From Octopus sinensis (Eukaryota), in contig NC_043020.1 of assembly GCF_006345805.1 (NCBI RefSeq), positions 7,316,001 through 7,380,000 on the forward strand: DNA of 64,000 nucleotides, given 5' to 3'. A program made the position numbers and the translations under genes. The number at the start of each line of letters is the position of its first letter. Positions within the stretch are counted from its first letter, which is position 1. Shown piece after piece: positions 1 to 11,915 of the stretch. The notes under the pieces were generated by a model. It worked only from the letters and a program-made list of their open reading frames with translations, was not told the DNA's origin and made no database searches.

Positions 1-94
1 TATAAAAAGCACCTAGTACACTCTGCAGAAAACATGCCAAAACGGAAAATTGGAGCAAAGATCACCATGACTGATCTAAATCCTCAAGTTTTTT

Positions 95-255
95 TTTTAT
101 TCTCTCTCTATTTCCTCATATTCCTTTCTGTTGAAGAGCATAGGCTCAAAACATAAAAGACTTTCTCACTTTCCCAAGCATCAAACCAATACACCTGCTT
201 GTTGTTCATACACCTGTCTTCATCTTTTGTTTTTCTGTAAATTTCACCTATATAT
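95..255 (+). mobile_element. Decayed minimal-hammerhead repeat (family of 34203/47731)
   Basis: CTGTTGA A GAGC atag GCTC AAA ACAT at 128-154; near-identical copy at about 34930-35107. Confidence 0.6.
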
Positions 256-444
256 AGCCACATGTGAATTGTTGGTGATTTTCTTCTTCCATATTCCGTT
301 CTATTGGACTTTCTTGTTTCCAAAGAAGAGCATGTGCTCGAAATGTTAAACCATCTTTCTTTCCTTCTTTGAGTATCTGCTAATACTTTTTACATGTACC
401 ACATCCTTGCGTTGTTGTGTTTGTTTGTGTGTGTTCGTTTTTGG

Positions 445-791
445 ATATATATATATATATATACATACATATATAGTACATATATACACCTATATACATA
501 ATTTTATATATATACATATATATAACATATATATCTACATACATTATACTACATATATACATACATATATACATACAATATTACATACATATATATATAC
601 ATACATACATATATACATACATACATACATATATACATACATACATATATACATACATACATATATACATACATATATATATACATATATATACATACAT
701 ACATATATACATACATATATACATACATATATACATACATACATATATACATACATATATACATACATATATACATACATATATACATACA

Positions 792-825
<34 letters not shown>

Positions 826-983
826 CATACATATATACATACATATATACATACATATATACATACATATATATATACATACATATATACATACATATAT
901 ACATACATATATACATACATATATACATACATATATACATACATATATACATACATATATACATACATATATACACATATATA
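445..983. repeat. (TATATACATACA)n-type microsatellite
   Basis: Directly visible; the source of the YI/MYV ORFs in the track. Confidence 0.97.
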
Positions 984-1114
984 CAGGGTGTCCCAATAAA
1001 ATGTATACACACCTTAAATAATTGTAAATTTGTTATTCTTTGTAAGCCTAGTACTTATTCTATCGTTCTCTTTTGCCGAACCACTATGTGTATACATTTT
1101 TTTGAGACACCCTG
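984..1114. mobile_element. Tc1/mariner-type miniature element
   Basis: TIRs CAGGGTGTCCCAATAAAATGTATACAC / GTGTATACATTTTTTTGAGACACCCTG; TA at 982-983 and 1115-1116. Confidence 0.7.
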
Positions 1115-1941
1115 TATATATACACACGAGAGAGAGAGAGAGAGAGAGTTCGATACATGGCATGGGTTTGGTGGGAACAAATAGAAATACATAGAACTAA
1201 ATACAGAAAGTATATAAATTTTTTTTTTCCAATTGTCAGAGAGTTACAAAAGTGACACAAGGGCCGAGAGAGTTCTTGGGGTCACACACGAAAACCTCAG
1301 TCCTTGAGTTACTTTCGCGACTTTCTGCCACTTAAAAATAATTAAAAAAAACAAAGAAAAATGACACAAAGCATGATACGTATGGGTTATTAAACACATT
1401 GAGAGTGGAAAAAAAAAAAATGTGTTCAGTCCAGGTCAAGCGATGTCAAACAACCTATGATTCAAAACCCTCCAACCGTGACCCGCCGCCGGCAGCCTTC
1501 GTAACGCAGATCTAGGCCAAATGTCTTCATGACACGAATTTCATTTACTTGTTTAGACGGAGGTATGTAAATTTATTTCAGCAGCTGTCTCTGCTTAATG
1601 TCCTAGACGGAAGTAAAGAGAAGAAATAGATCAAACCGCAAATATCCCGACAGATACAATGGGACGAAACCCGTTAGAAGAGACATTGAAACAGTTTACC
1701 TAATCTTATGGTTCTCAACGGAGGTCCGATAAGATCTTGTTGTTAAAAATTTGTGCAATAAAGTAGTTATACTTCTTACTATACACAAAACATATTAATT
1801 TTTTAAAAATACAATTCCTCATATTAGGTTATAAAAAATATAATAGTTTTTAGGCATCGAATGGCTGTGAGAGTTCCCTACCACCACCAGAATAAGAAAA
1901 AAAAAAGGAATGAAAAAGGTCCATAGATTAAAAAATGGTTA

Positions 1942-2339
1942 AGGAGTGGCTGTGTGGTAAGTAGCTTGTCTACCAACCACATGGCTCCGGGTTCAGTCCC
2001 ACTGCGTGGCACCTTGGGTAAGTGCCTTCTACTATAGCCTCGGGCCGACCAAAGCCTTGTGAGTGGATTTGGTAGACGGAAACTGAAAGAAGCCCGTCGT
2101 ATATATGTATATATATATATATATGCGTGTGTGTGTCTGTGTTTGTCCCACTAGCATTGCTTGACAACCGATGCTGGTGTGTTTATGTCCCCGTCACTTA
2201 GTGGTTCGGCAAAACAGACCGATAGAATAAGTACTGGGCTTACAAAAGAATAAGTCCCGGGGTCGATTAGCTCGACTAAAGGCGGTGCTCCAGCATGGCC
2301 GCAGTCAAATGACTGAAACAAGTAAAAGAGTAAAGAGTA
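1942..2339 (+). mobile_element. tRNA-derived SINE family 2 (~390 bp, central TA/GT microsatellite)
   Basis: Head GGAGTGGCTGTGTGGTAAG...GGTTCAGTCCC, tail AAGAGTAAAGAGT. Further copies near 13921, 18314, 23572(-), 25154, 25304, 31380(-), 33200(-), 43829(-), 49975(-) and 60536. Confidence 0.85.
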
Positions 2340-2490
2340 ACCAAATATATAAGGTAAATGCGTTGAGTGGATTTTTGGAATAATTGGAGCTATTATTCAC
2401 ATTCTCAGAAGAAAAAGGGCGATGAGTTGTCCCTTGAAGTTTTTAATATTCCTGTGTTTTATGCAATAGGGGTTAACGATTGTAAAAGAA

Positions 2491-2782
2491 TTGGCGATCT
2501 TTCGTCTCTAGTAGACCTTTCCGTCGATTTCCGTAAAAAACTTTTTTTTTTTACATATGGGCTTGCGGTCTCCCACACCCCATTAAACACACACACACAT
2601 GTACATCAATGCTCCCATGCACGGTAACTTCAAAAGAACTTCCCTCGTCATACAATCGCTTTCTCTTAGTCTCTTTCGCTCTCATTACTTCAAAAGTTCC
2701 CGCAAGTCCATATGTAAAAAAAAAAAAAAAAATTTTTACGGAAATCGACGGAAAGGTCTACTAGAGACGAAAGATTGCCAAA
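2491..2782. mobile_element. MITE-like element with ~80-bp inverted arms
   Basis: TTGGCGATCTTTCGTCTCTAGTAGACCTTTCCGTCGATTTCCGTAAAAA... (2491-2568) is mirrored at 2700-2782; related fragment near 4683-4735. Confidence 0.65.
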
Positions 2783-4059
2783 TTAGTTGTTTTTTAGATC
2801 CCAAAATAAACTTTAAAAAATACCTTTACTCCTCGATTCCGTGCTTTATTTTGAAACTCCGCTAATGTTTAATTCTAAAAATAGTTGTGGTCGAAAGGTT
2901 AAAAAGGTAATGCAATTTAGAAAATAGCATTTAATAGGCAAATAAAGGAGATAAAAATGAAGTTTCGAAGGTCAAAGAACGAATTCAGAACATTCAGAAC
3001 CGCATATTACATATTATATTATATACAAACAGGCTTAATTCGACTTATGACGTTTCGAGTTACGTCTTTTTCGACTTCCGTCTGTTTCTGCCAACATATT
3101 TACAAGCGAAACACTAAATAAACACACACACCTAGAAACCAATACCGAAAGTGGAAAATCAAAATACGGAACAATCCATTTACGAAAACATATATAGGCT
3201 AAAACATTTTTCCAGTGTTCTTTTTATTTTCCTATACGTCGTTTTTCGAGTCAAGTAGCATATTTGGGAATCAACTACCGACGTAAGTTGAGTTATGCCT
3301 AAATATATATATATATAGTTAAGTAATACTAAGTAATTAAGGGTTTAGCAACGATTTGCCTCACCACACACCGAATTTAGAAATAGCAGTCAAAAAGTTT
3401 TGGCTATTCTTTCTACTTAAAAGGGAGATCCCAGTAAAACCACAGCACTTAAAAAGCTTTTGCTTTTTTAATTACTTAGTGTATATATATAATTATGTAC
3501 ACACACGTATCTATATGTATATATAACCGCCAGGTTTAATACAGCCAGCTGTCTTAACCGCCGTTGCAAGTACTCCTTAGACTGGATCGGAAAGCAAACT
3601 CTCTCGCTTCGTCCCGACTAATTTTGGAGACCACAAAATGAATTAAAATAGGTGTTGGCTGTGGTTAAGCCACGTAAAGGGAAATTAAAACCAATATATA
3701 TATATATATATATATATATAAGAGTCCCATTTCCTTTTTGTACTGTGTAATCGTTAGATTTTTTACATGTAGTTTTTGTGTCACAAATTGGGAGGGGGGA
3801 TTGAATCATTTCAGAAGAGAAAGGGTTAGAAAGAGGGGGAGGAGGGAGTGTAATAAAAGGTAAAAAGGGGACCGATGTTGAATGAAATGGCGGGAAAAAA
3901 TGAAAACAAACAAAGAAAGGAAGATAGAAAGACGAGGAAAGGAAATGAAGTGAAAGCGAGAGATGGTAGAGAGGAAAAATTTAGATGACGCCATGCTTTG
4001 GAGGCAACGGACTTGGGAAAGAAAGGGTTAAATAAACAGGGTTAACATTTATGAAATAA

Positions 4060-4463
4060 CTAGCAGTATCGCCCGGCGTTGCTCGGGTTTGTAAGGGAAA
4101 TAACTATATAACCATTTTTAGAGAGTTATAGCCAAAAAGTAGCAAAAAAATGCATTAAAAATGGAAAAAAAAATTATGGTAAATTTTTTTTAAATCGTTG
4201 ACTCATCGTAGACGTTTTTAGAGAGTTACTTCCCTTATATAATAGCGAAAAAATGCATTAAAATGGAAGAAAATGATGGTAAATTTTTTTTAAATCGTAG
4301 ACTCATCGTAGACGCGCGCTAATACCCAGAAGGGCTCGATATGAACCACGACTATAAGATACCCGGTTTTGGTTAAACTGCACCGCAAAATGTGGGAGTA
4401 GTTAGGAATCTAAATCGTAGGAGACAGACAGACACACAACTTGACTTTTATATATAAAGAAGA
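4060..4463 (-). mobile_element. Non-autonomous Helitron
   Basis: Reverse complement of the 22884 element; CTAG 3' end at 4060-63 with CCCG...CGGG subterminal hairpin. Confidence 0.7.
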
Positions 4464-5135
4464 TAAGAAATCAATCTTCTTTTTGCTTGCATTGTTGGAT
4501 AAGGAACATATTGAGTAATTTTTGTGATAAATTGAGAGAAAACAGAGAGAGATTTATAAAATACAGTAAGACACTCCTAAACAAGACTTTTAAACTTACA
4601 TCATCTTTCGTCTGTTTATTTTCAAATAGAAAACATTGACTCCGTTTAGATATATATACCAGTTATATATTATATCATATATTTGGTAATCTTTCGTTTT
4701 AGGTCTACTAGAAACGAAAGATTGCAAGATTGCCATATATTTTAATGTTGCCAACACAGCTTGCCTCTTTTTCTTCTTTTTTTTTTGTGAATGGGACTTA
4801 AAAAATGGGGAACGTTTCAAAATGTGGACTGGAGAAAGCGGACTGCATGTCCTTTTTTTGATTTGTATTTTTGCGGGTTTTAATTATTTTATTGTGATAC
4901 AAAAACGAAGAGAATTATTATTATTTAATTACACAGTAAATTCTAAGGAAGGAAGGTCGGGTGTTTTAATTTAGGGAGAGAGAGTAAACAGTAAAGAAAC
5001 GCAATTATCAAATATGAAAATTAAAAGTATAATAATAATAATAATAATAGTAAAGTAATTATAATGTGTTTATTTATGCCTGGGCGTGGAGTGTTGTGAG
5101 TTTAGTGTAACAAAGATCAGACAAGTTTATTTACA

Positions 5136-5142
<7 letters not shown>

Positions 5143-5184
<42 letters not shown>

Positions 5185-5380
5185 ATATATAAGAGATATG
5201 GATATTTTTAGTATTTTGAAAATAAAATAAACAGCTCCACATTATACTCTGAATCAACTTGAATAACAGGATTTTGAACAATCTCAACAAAAAAATATAT
5301 CAAACAACCATTTAACCATCTGGCCAAATCCTGTTACAATGAAACACATTCATGTGTGAAAGTGTACACTTGGGCAACCT

Positions 5381-5418
<38 letters not shown>

Positions 5419-5591
5419 ATATATATATGTATATAGATATATATATATGTGTGTTATATATATATATATATATATATGTGTATATATATATATATATATG
5501 TGTATATATATATATATATATGTGTGCATATATATATATATATATTGTGTGTGTATATATATATATATATATATAGCTATATATATATATA

Positions 5592-5623
<32 letters not shown>

Positions 5624-5647
5624 GCTATATATATATATGTGTGTGTG

Positions 5648-5682
<35 letters not shown>

Positions 5683-5937
5683 ATATATATACATTTGTGA
5701 AAGTATATTTATTATGATTTATGTATTGTGTATATTAACAGCGTAGAGTGTAACTTATATACATACATATATATATAAACAGTGTAGGGTGTAATTATGT
5801 CGTGTCATATACGTGTATATAATTGTCTGTGAATGTGCATATGCATAACTGTCTGTATATATATATATATATATATAACATATATATATATATATAATAT
5901 ACATACTATATATATATATATATATCTATATATATAT

Positions 5938-5993
<56 letters not shown>

Positions 5994-6005
5994 ATATACA
6001 TATAT
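5143..6005. repeat. Compound (TA)n/(TG)n microsatellite region
   Basis: Directly visible. Confidence 0.95.
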
Positions 6006-6478
6006 AGAGACAGAGATATTTACTGAAAACATTTAAATCATAACATTAAAAGGCCAAAACAAGGTAATTTTCTTTAAAAAAAAAGCATTGAATGACATTC
6101 CATCCCAAGGAGTACTTACCAAAAAATCTTAGATTTTTTTTTTTTAAGGAGCTGAACAAACTTTTTTTTTTTTTTTTGAAATTGCAAATATTATTAACAA
6201 TAATAATAATATTATTTTCTTTTATTTATGTATAAAAAAATTCCATTTTTTTTTTTAATTATTATTATTATATGTGTTGTGTGTATGTTTTTTTTTTTTT
6301 TTTTTTCAATTAAATTTTCATCATTTCAGAGTTTGGATGGGTTTTTTTGTTTGTTTGTTTTGTTTTAAATTTTGAGTTATTTTATGTCCTTCGAGAGAAG
6401 AAAACATAACCATTTTTTTTAAAAAAAAAAGAAAATTACTTGTAAACATGACCATCATTATTATTATTATTATTATTA

Positions 6479-7117
6479 TTATTGGGTTTTCGTGTCATCT
6501 TTATGAAGCGACGAGGAGTCACCATCTTTCCCGCTGCTTTTGTCAGTGTCCCCGTTCGGACTCGATTCATCCTCAGAATCCGTATATTCCGTGGCTTGCT
6601 CACCGTCCCTTAATAACCTACCGACAATGTCATATTTTTCCGTAAATTGCATCTCCCATTCTTGCATGCGACTCATCTCAGCCGATGTCAAGTCGCTGAG
6701 GTCGTCATATTCGTTTTTTAGCGCCGATTCCTTCACAGTAAACAAAGCCAGGGCCCGCGAAGCATCGCGGCCCGCGAAGACCGCGTACGGACCGCCGGGT
6801 CCGTAGAACTGTTTACCGCGGGTCACATCGAATATTTTACCGTTGACGGCTATACAAACCCGACCGTCTTCGTCGGTGCCATCGTACTTCCTGAGTTCTT
6901 CGATCGTCATGTCTCTCTTCTTCATGCGAGGTATTTCCTTTTCAGCAACATGTTGCGGGCGTGGGGTCTGTCTGCTGGTCATTATCTTATAAAACAGTAA
7001 AGTACTAACAGCCAGAAGGATAACGTTTAAAGGGTTAGAGAATATTTCATTGAATATATTCCAAAACATGTCTGTATAACCATCTCCTCCGCTCTGTGGT
7101 TCTTCGTTACTCGCCAT
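6479..7117 (-). CDS. PGRMC1: Membrane-associated progesterone receptor component (PGRMC1/2, MAPR family; cytochrome b5-like heme/steroid-binding domain), single coding exon, 212 aa
   Basis: ATG at 7117 (MASNEEPQ...) to TAA at 6479. N-terminal TM helix (NPLNVILLAVSTLLFYKIM), then MAPR motifs ELRKYDG, IAVNGKIFDVTRGKQFYGPGGPYAVFAGRDASRALA, YDDLSDL, EWEMQFTEKYDIVGRLLRDGE and acidic TEYTDSEDE. The upstream TTG start in the ORF track is not needed. PGRMC1 versus PGRMC2 cannot be assigned; invertebrates usually have a single pro-orthologue. Confidence 0.95.
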   Translation of the reverse strand: MASNEEPQSGGDGYTDMFWNIFNEIFSNPLNVILLAVSTLLFYKIMTSRQTPRPQHVAEKEIPRMKKRDMTIEELRKYDGTDEDGRVCIAVNGKIFDVTRGKQFYGPGGPYAVFAGRDASRALALFTVKESALKNEYDDLSDLTSAEMSRMQEWEMQFTEKYDIVGRLLRDGEQATEYTDSEDESSPNGDTDKSSGKDGDSSSLHKDDTKTQ

Positions 7118-7255
7118 TACGACAAATATTTTTTTTTTGTAAATCCTTTTTACGTATGATAAATATCCTCTTTCGAACAACACGATGCCACGGTAATTGT
7201 CTCGTCTCGATAGCTCAGTTTATTCTGTTAGCTTGTTGTTAGTAACAGCGTGTCT

Positions 7256-7938
7256 GTGTGTTCATGCGTGACGAAGAAAGCCTGGCAAGTCCCTAGCCAT
7301 GCATGGAGGATCTGCTAAACAACGTTGTGGAGGTCCACTTCTTTAAGCGGTGACTGATTGGTCCGTTACACCGTTTCTTCACCGCTGACCTGACCTACAT
7401 ACACATAATACATACATACTATATATATATATATATGTATGTATATATGAAGCAACTACACACACAATCTCTTTCCTTTTATTTTATTCCTCCTGACGTT
7501 TGCCATATAAACAAGCCAAGTAGGCTTCTTGGAACAGAATCTTCCTGCAGACACACACCACTTTTATTCTAAGAAGATCTGGCTTTATTTATAGCTGACG
7601 CGGCCAACAAGGCAGTTTAAACTTACATGGTTGCTCGGCCTAATAAAAGAAAAAAGAAACAAAAAAGTATCCGTGTGTTCATGCGTGACGAGAATGAAAA
7701 AGGCTTGCCAAGTCGACTGGCCAGACGAAGAATCTGTTACCGTTGTATACGTTTGTATTTTTAAAGCGGTGACTGATTGACCTGCTACACCGTCTCTTTC
7801 ACCTCTGACCCACTGTTCACGTATATGTACACACCCACTCCGCTGTCTCTTACATTTATTTTGTCCTTCTTTCTGACGTTGTTGTTTTTTTTTATAAACA
7901 ACCCAAGTCGGCTTCTTGTAGCAGACTCTTCTTTCAGA
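7256..7938 (-). promoter_or_regulatory. Putative PGRMC promoter, present as two diverged ~290-bp copies
   Basis: CpG-rich. Shared blocks GTGTGTTCATGCGTGACGA (7256/7673), AAGCGGTGACTGATTG (7345/7764) and TATAAACAA-CCAAGT-GGCTTCTTG (7506/7893). CCAAT box on the minus strand at 7357-61; TGACG half-sites. Confidence 0.5.
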
Positions 7939-8955
7939 TGATCAGGAAGGCGGTGCATTGGCAGAATCGTTAGTGTATTGAAATATCGAAATAGACTGCT
8001 TTGTCGTATTTCTTCGGATCCCTCTACGTTTTGGGTTCAAATCTCGCCGAGGCCAACTTTGCCTTCATCCTTTCGGGGGCGAAAAAAAAAAAAAATTAAA
8101 TAAAGTAGCCGTCAAGTACTGGAGTCGATGATATTGACCAACTCCTCTTCTCCTTTTATTTATTTTTTTTAACTCCTCTTCTCCTTAAAAAAAATAAATA
8201 AATAACGGCCTTGTGCGTAAATGTATTTCTTTACTGCCCACAAGGGGCTAAACAGAGGGGACAAACAAAAACAGACAAAGGGATTAAGTCGATTACATCG
8301 ACCCCAGTGGGGAAACTGGTACTTTATTTATCGACCCCGAAAGGATGAAAAGCAAAGTCGGTGCGTAAATGAGAAACAATTTATATGGACCAGAGATGAG
8401 GAACCTGCGGCCCGCGGAGCTTTCTGAACAACACGTCCAACGAAAAATTACTTTCAAATTTTTTTTTTTTTTGTAGCAGTGCGGCCCGCCTGATGATGTG
8501 TCACGTCTCATGCGACCCATTTCTCAAAGAAAGTTGTTCACGCTTCATACAAACGATCGAACCAACGAGACGGTTACTTATGTGGTCGCTCAGCCTGCAA
8601 GAAATAGCAGTCAAATTTTACACTAAAGCGTCATTTTTATTTTTAATAATTCAATACGTAGCAGGGTTATAAAGTGATCGCCGTCTCTGTCGCTCTAATA
8701 ATTGTGCCAAAGGACGCACTTGAAAATGATGTAGCCCTCCATATTCATTATGCTTATGAAAGAAAAATTGAAAGCCAGTATAGTCACGCCTGGGACACCT
8801 TTGATAATAGGCCTGCTGAATCGGGATTGATCTGGAATAAGCAACCAATATATATATATATATATACTTTTTCTATTCCTGAGCGTTATACTAATACATC
8901 TGTTTGTTTTGTACACCACCTGTCTTCGTCTTTTGTTTTTTTCGTAAACTCTCCC

Positions 8956-9002
<47 letters not shown>

Positions 9003-9158
9003 TAAATTAGAGAAAACCACTATTAGGCAAATCAAACAATGAAAAACTTAAGCCAATACATAAAATTAATTAATTTATTAATATTTTACTATAAAATTGG
9101 ATTCAATCCTATATCTGATTTTTCCCTGTAAGTTTGGATTTATTCCCTAATATTTTAT

Positions 9159-9235
<77 letters not shown>

Positions 9236-9353
9236 AATCAAGGAACGGCCATAATAGGCCATTCACCCACTAGAAATAACAGCCAAAAGCTTCATCCGCA
9301 AAATAACATCAATTCCGTAAACCAGGAGAAAATTAAAAAACATTTACCCTGTA

Positions 9354-9459
9354 ATTTCTTATACGATGCACCGTTTCATCTACTGTTTAATGGTAAACTA
9401 ACCTGATTAAATTAAATCAAGCCAATCTACCATAGCCCTTAGATTCATCAGTAAGAAAT
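9354..9459 (-). ncRNA. Type I hammerhead ribozyme (complete core)
   Basis: Minus strand: ATTTCTTA (stem I) CTGATGA ATCTA...TAGAT (extended stem II) GAA ACG-GTGCAT-CGT (stem III) A | TAAGAAAT (stem I'). Predicted cut 3' of the A at 9362. Confidence 0.8.
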
Positions 9460-9907
9460 AGCCAAGTCGGAACAGATATTTTCACGAGGCATTTCCGTCC
9501 CTGCCTCGGCAATATCTGACCTAAAATTTTTCAAATCATCGCACTCGCGCCAAATTTATCGGCAGCAAATAAATATAAGCCGCCGATTCCATTACGGAAT
9601 TAACCAGAAAATTCATAATTAATCAATATAGGGTGGCAAAAAATTTTGTAGAATTTTTTTGCCACCAGCGGCCTAGTGGGAAAAAATTAAATAGTCATAG
9701 AACATTTTTAAGTTCAACATCACAATCAAGGAACGGCCATAATAGGCCATTCACCCACTAGAAATAACAGCCAAAAGCTTCAACCGCAAAATAACATCAA
9801 TTCCGTAAACCAGGAGAAAATTAAAAAACATTTACCCTGTAATTTCTTATACGATGCCGAGGCAGGGACGGGAATGCCTCGTGAAAAATATCTGTTCCGA
9901 CTTGGCT

Positions 9908-10014
9908 ATTTCTTACTGATGAATCTAAGGGCCTATGGTAGATTGGCTTGATTTAATTTAATCAGGTTAGTTTACCATTAAACAGTAGATGAAACGGTGC
10001 ATCGTATAAGAAAT
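9908..10014 (+). ncRNA. Type I hammerhead ribozyme (inverted second copy)
   Basis: ATTTCTTA 9908-15, CTGATGA 9916-22, ATCTA/TAGAT 9923-27/9986-90, GAA 9991-93, ACG/CGT 9994-96/10003-05, H17=A 10006, TAAGAAAT 10007-14. Confidence 0.8.
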
Positions 10015-11060
10015 TACAGGGTAAATGTTTTTTAATTTTCTCCTGGTTTACGGAATTGATGTTATTTTGCGGATGAAGCTTTTGGCTGTTATTTCTAGTG
10101 GGTGAATGGCCTATTATGGCCGTTCCTTGATTGTGATGTTGAACTTAAAAATGGTCTATGACTATTTAATTTTTTCCCACTAGGCCGCTGGTGGCAAAAA
10201 AATTCTACAAAATTTTTTGCCACCCTATATTGATTAATAAATATATATATATATATATATATAAAGAGAGAGGGAGAGGTAGCTCAACCTGTTAGAAATA
10301 ACGGCCAAATCTTATTCAGAAACGTTGGAAAATGTAGTCCGATATGTAAGTAAAAGATGGGGGTAGTCACGACTGGAGTGTCTTTGACGACAGGTCTGTT
10401 CGATCGAGGTTAACTTGAAACTAATTAACAATGCAGGATAGTTTCTACGTGGTCGATTGACCTAATTAAAAGGAACAGCTAAATTGCCCTCGAATCTTTT
10501 GATTGTAAAAAAGAGGGGAGTATACGTTGGATAATGGTCCTGACAAGAATGAACAGGATGGTCGAGGCTGGAGCGACATTGATCAATAGGCCTTAGTCAG
10601 AACTGACCTGCAGATAAACAACTGTGTTTCGAGCTATTGAGGAAACCTCAGTGTGGTCGCTTGATATGCTAGAAATAACAGTCAAATTTCCCTGATATTG
10701 CACTTTACTGTCTTTAGAATGAGGACCCTTTGAACAACGGTGTTTTACACATGCCACAGTACTGGATGGTCACGGTCGGAACGTGTTTAATCATAGCCAG
10801 TAGATTTCTCTTTACTCCTGAAATGTGTGTCTTTATGTAATGTATGTATATATATATGTATATTCTTTCAGAGTATATCGATTGGGTCACTTTTTTAACA
10901 AATGTTACTTTCTCGTGTATACAACACAGTGAGTTGCAAAAACTTAGATTATCAAATAATTATCCGTGCACTTTGCATCATTTTAGCTTTGGGATGATGC
11001 CACCCCACTGGCTTGGCAATCAGGTCAACATTTTTTTCTACTTTAGGCACAAGGCCCTAA

Positions 11061-11915
11061 ATTATGGGGGAGGGGGCCAGTCAATTAGATCGACCCCAGT
11101 GCGTAAGTGGTACTTAATTTATCGACCCCGAAAAGATGAAAGGCAAAGTCGACCTCGGAGGAATTTGAACTCAGAACGTTCGCCCGGCGTGCTAACGTTT
11201 CTTATTTCTCTATTGCCCACAAGGGCCTACTCACAGAGGGCACAAACGGATTACGTCGATTATATCGACCCCTGTGCGTAACTGGTACTTAATTTATCGA
11301 CCCCGAAAGGATGAAAGTCAAAGTCGACCTCGGCGGAATTTGAACTCAGAACGTTCGCCCGGCGTGCTAACGTTTCTTATTTCTCTATTGCCCACAAGGG
11401 CCTACTCACAGAGGGCACAAACGGATTACGTCGATTATATCGACCCCTGTGCGTAACTGGTACTTAATTTCTCGACCCCGAAAGGATGAAAGTCAAAGTC
11501 GACCTCGGCGGAATTTGAACTCAGAACGTTCGCCCGGCGTGCTAACGTTTCTTATTTCTCTATTGCCCACAAGGGGCTACTCACAGAGGGGACAAACGGA
11601 TTAAGTCGATTATATCGACCCCAGTGCGTAACTGGTACTTAATTTATCGACCCCGAAAGGATGTAAGTCAAAGTCGATCTCGGCGGAATTTGAACCCAGA
11701 ACGTTCGCCCGGCGTGCTAACGTTTCTTATTTCTCTATTGCCCACAAGGGGCTACTCACAGAGGGGACAAACGGATTAAGTCGATTATATCGACTCCAGT
11801 GCGTAACTGGTACTTAATTTATCGACCCCGAAAGGATGAAAGGCAAAGTCGACTTCGGCGGAATTCGAACTCAGAACGTTCGCCCGGCGTTCTAACGTTT
11901 CTGCCAGCTCGCCGC
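11061..11915 (-). repeat. Head-to-tail array of five tRNA-derived SINE (family 1) units, period 175 bp
   Basis: Junctions at 11202, 11377, 11552 and 11727; box B GAGTTCAAATTCC in each unit (minus); only the rightmost unit has the complete head. Confidence 0.9.

Larger units (their letters stand above)
9232..10238. mobile_element. Non-coding hammerhead-bearing element, 488-bp unit, partial tandem plus inverted arm (Penelope/retrozyme-like)
   Basis: Block order A-B-C-D-A-B'-A'-D'. A repeats at 9232 and 9720 (period 488). Inversion junction at 9856-57 with 2-nt microhomology. Flanked by (TA)n on both sides; no ORF. Confidence 0.75.

Noticed and set aside
380-1021. YI/MYV-rich ORFs (also at 5.3-6.0, 50.6-51.0 and 57.5-59.2 kb, and the LSIY ORFs at 59.7-60.2 kb)
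   Set aside because: Stop-free frames of TA/CA/CTAT microsatellites.
7118-7183. 22-codon N-terminal extension of PGRMC from a TTG start
   Set aside because: Low-complexity, Lys-rich UTR-like sequence; the ATG at 7117 gives a normal-length protein.
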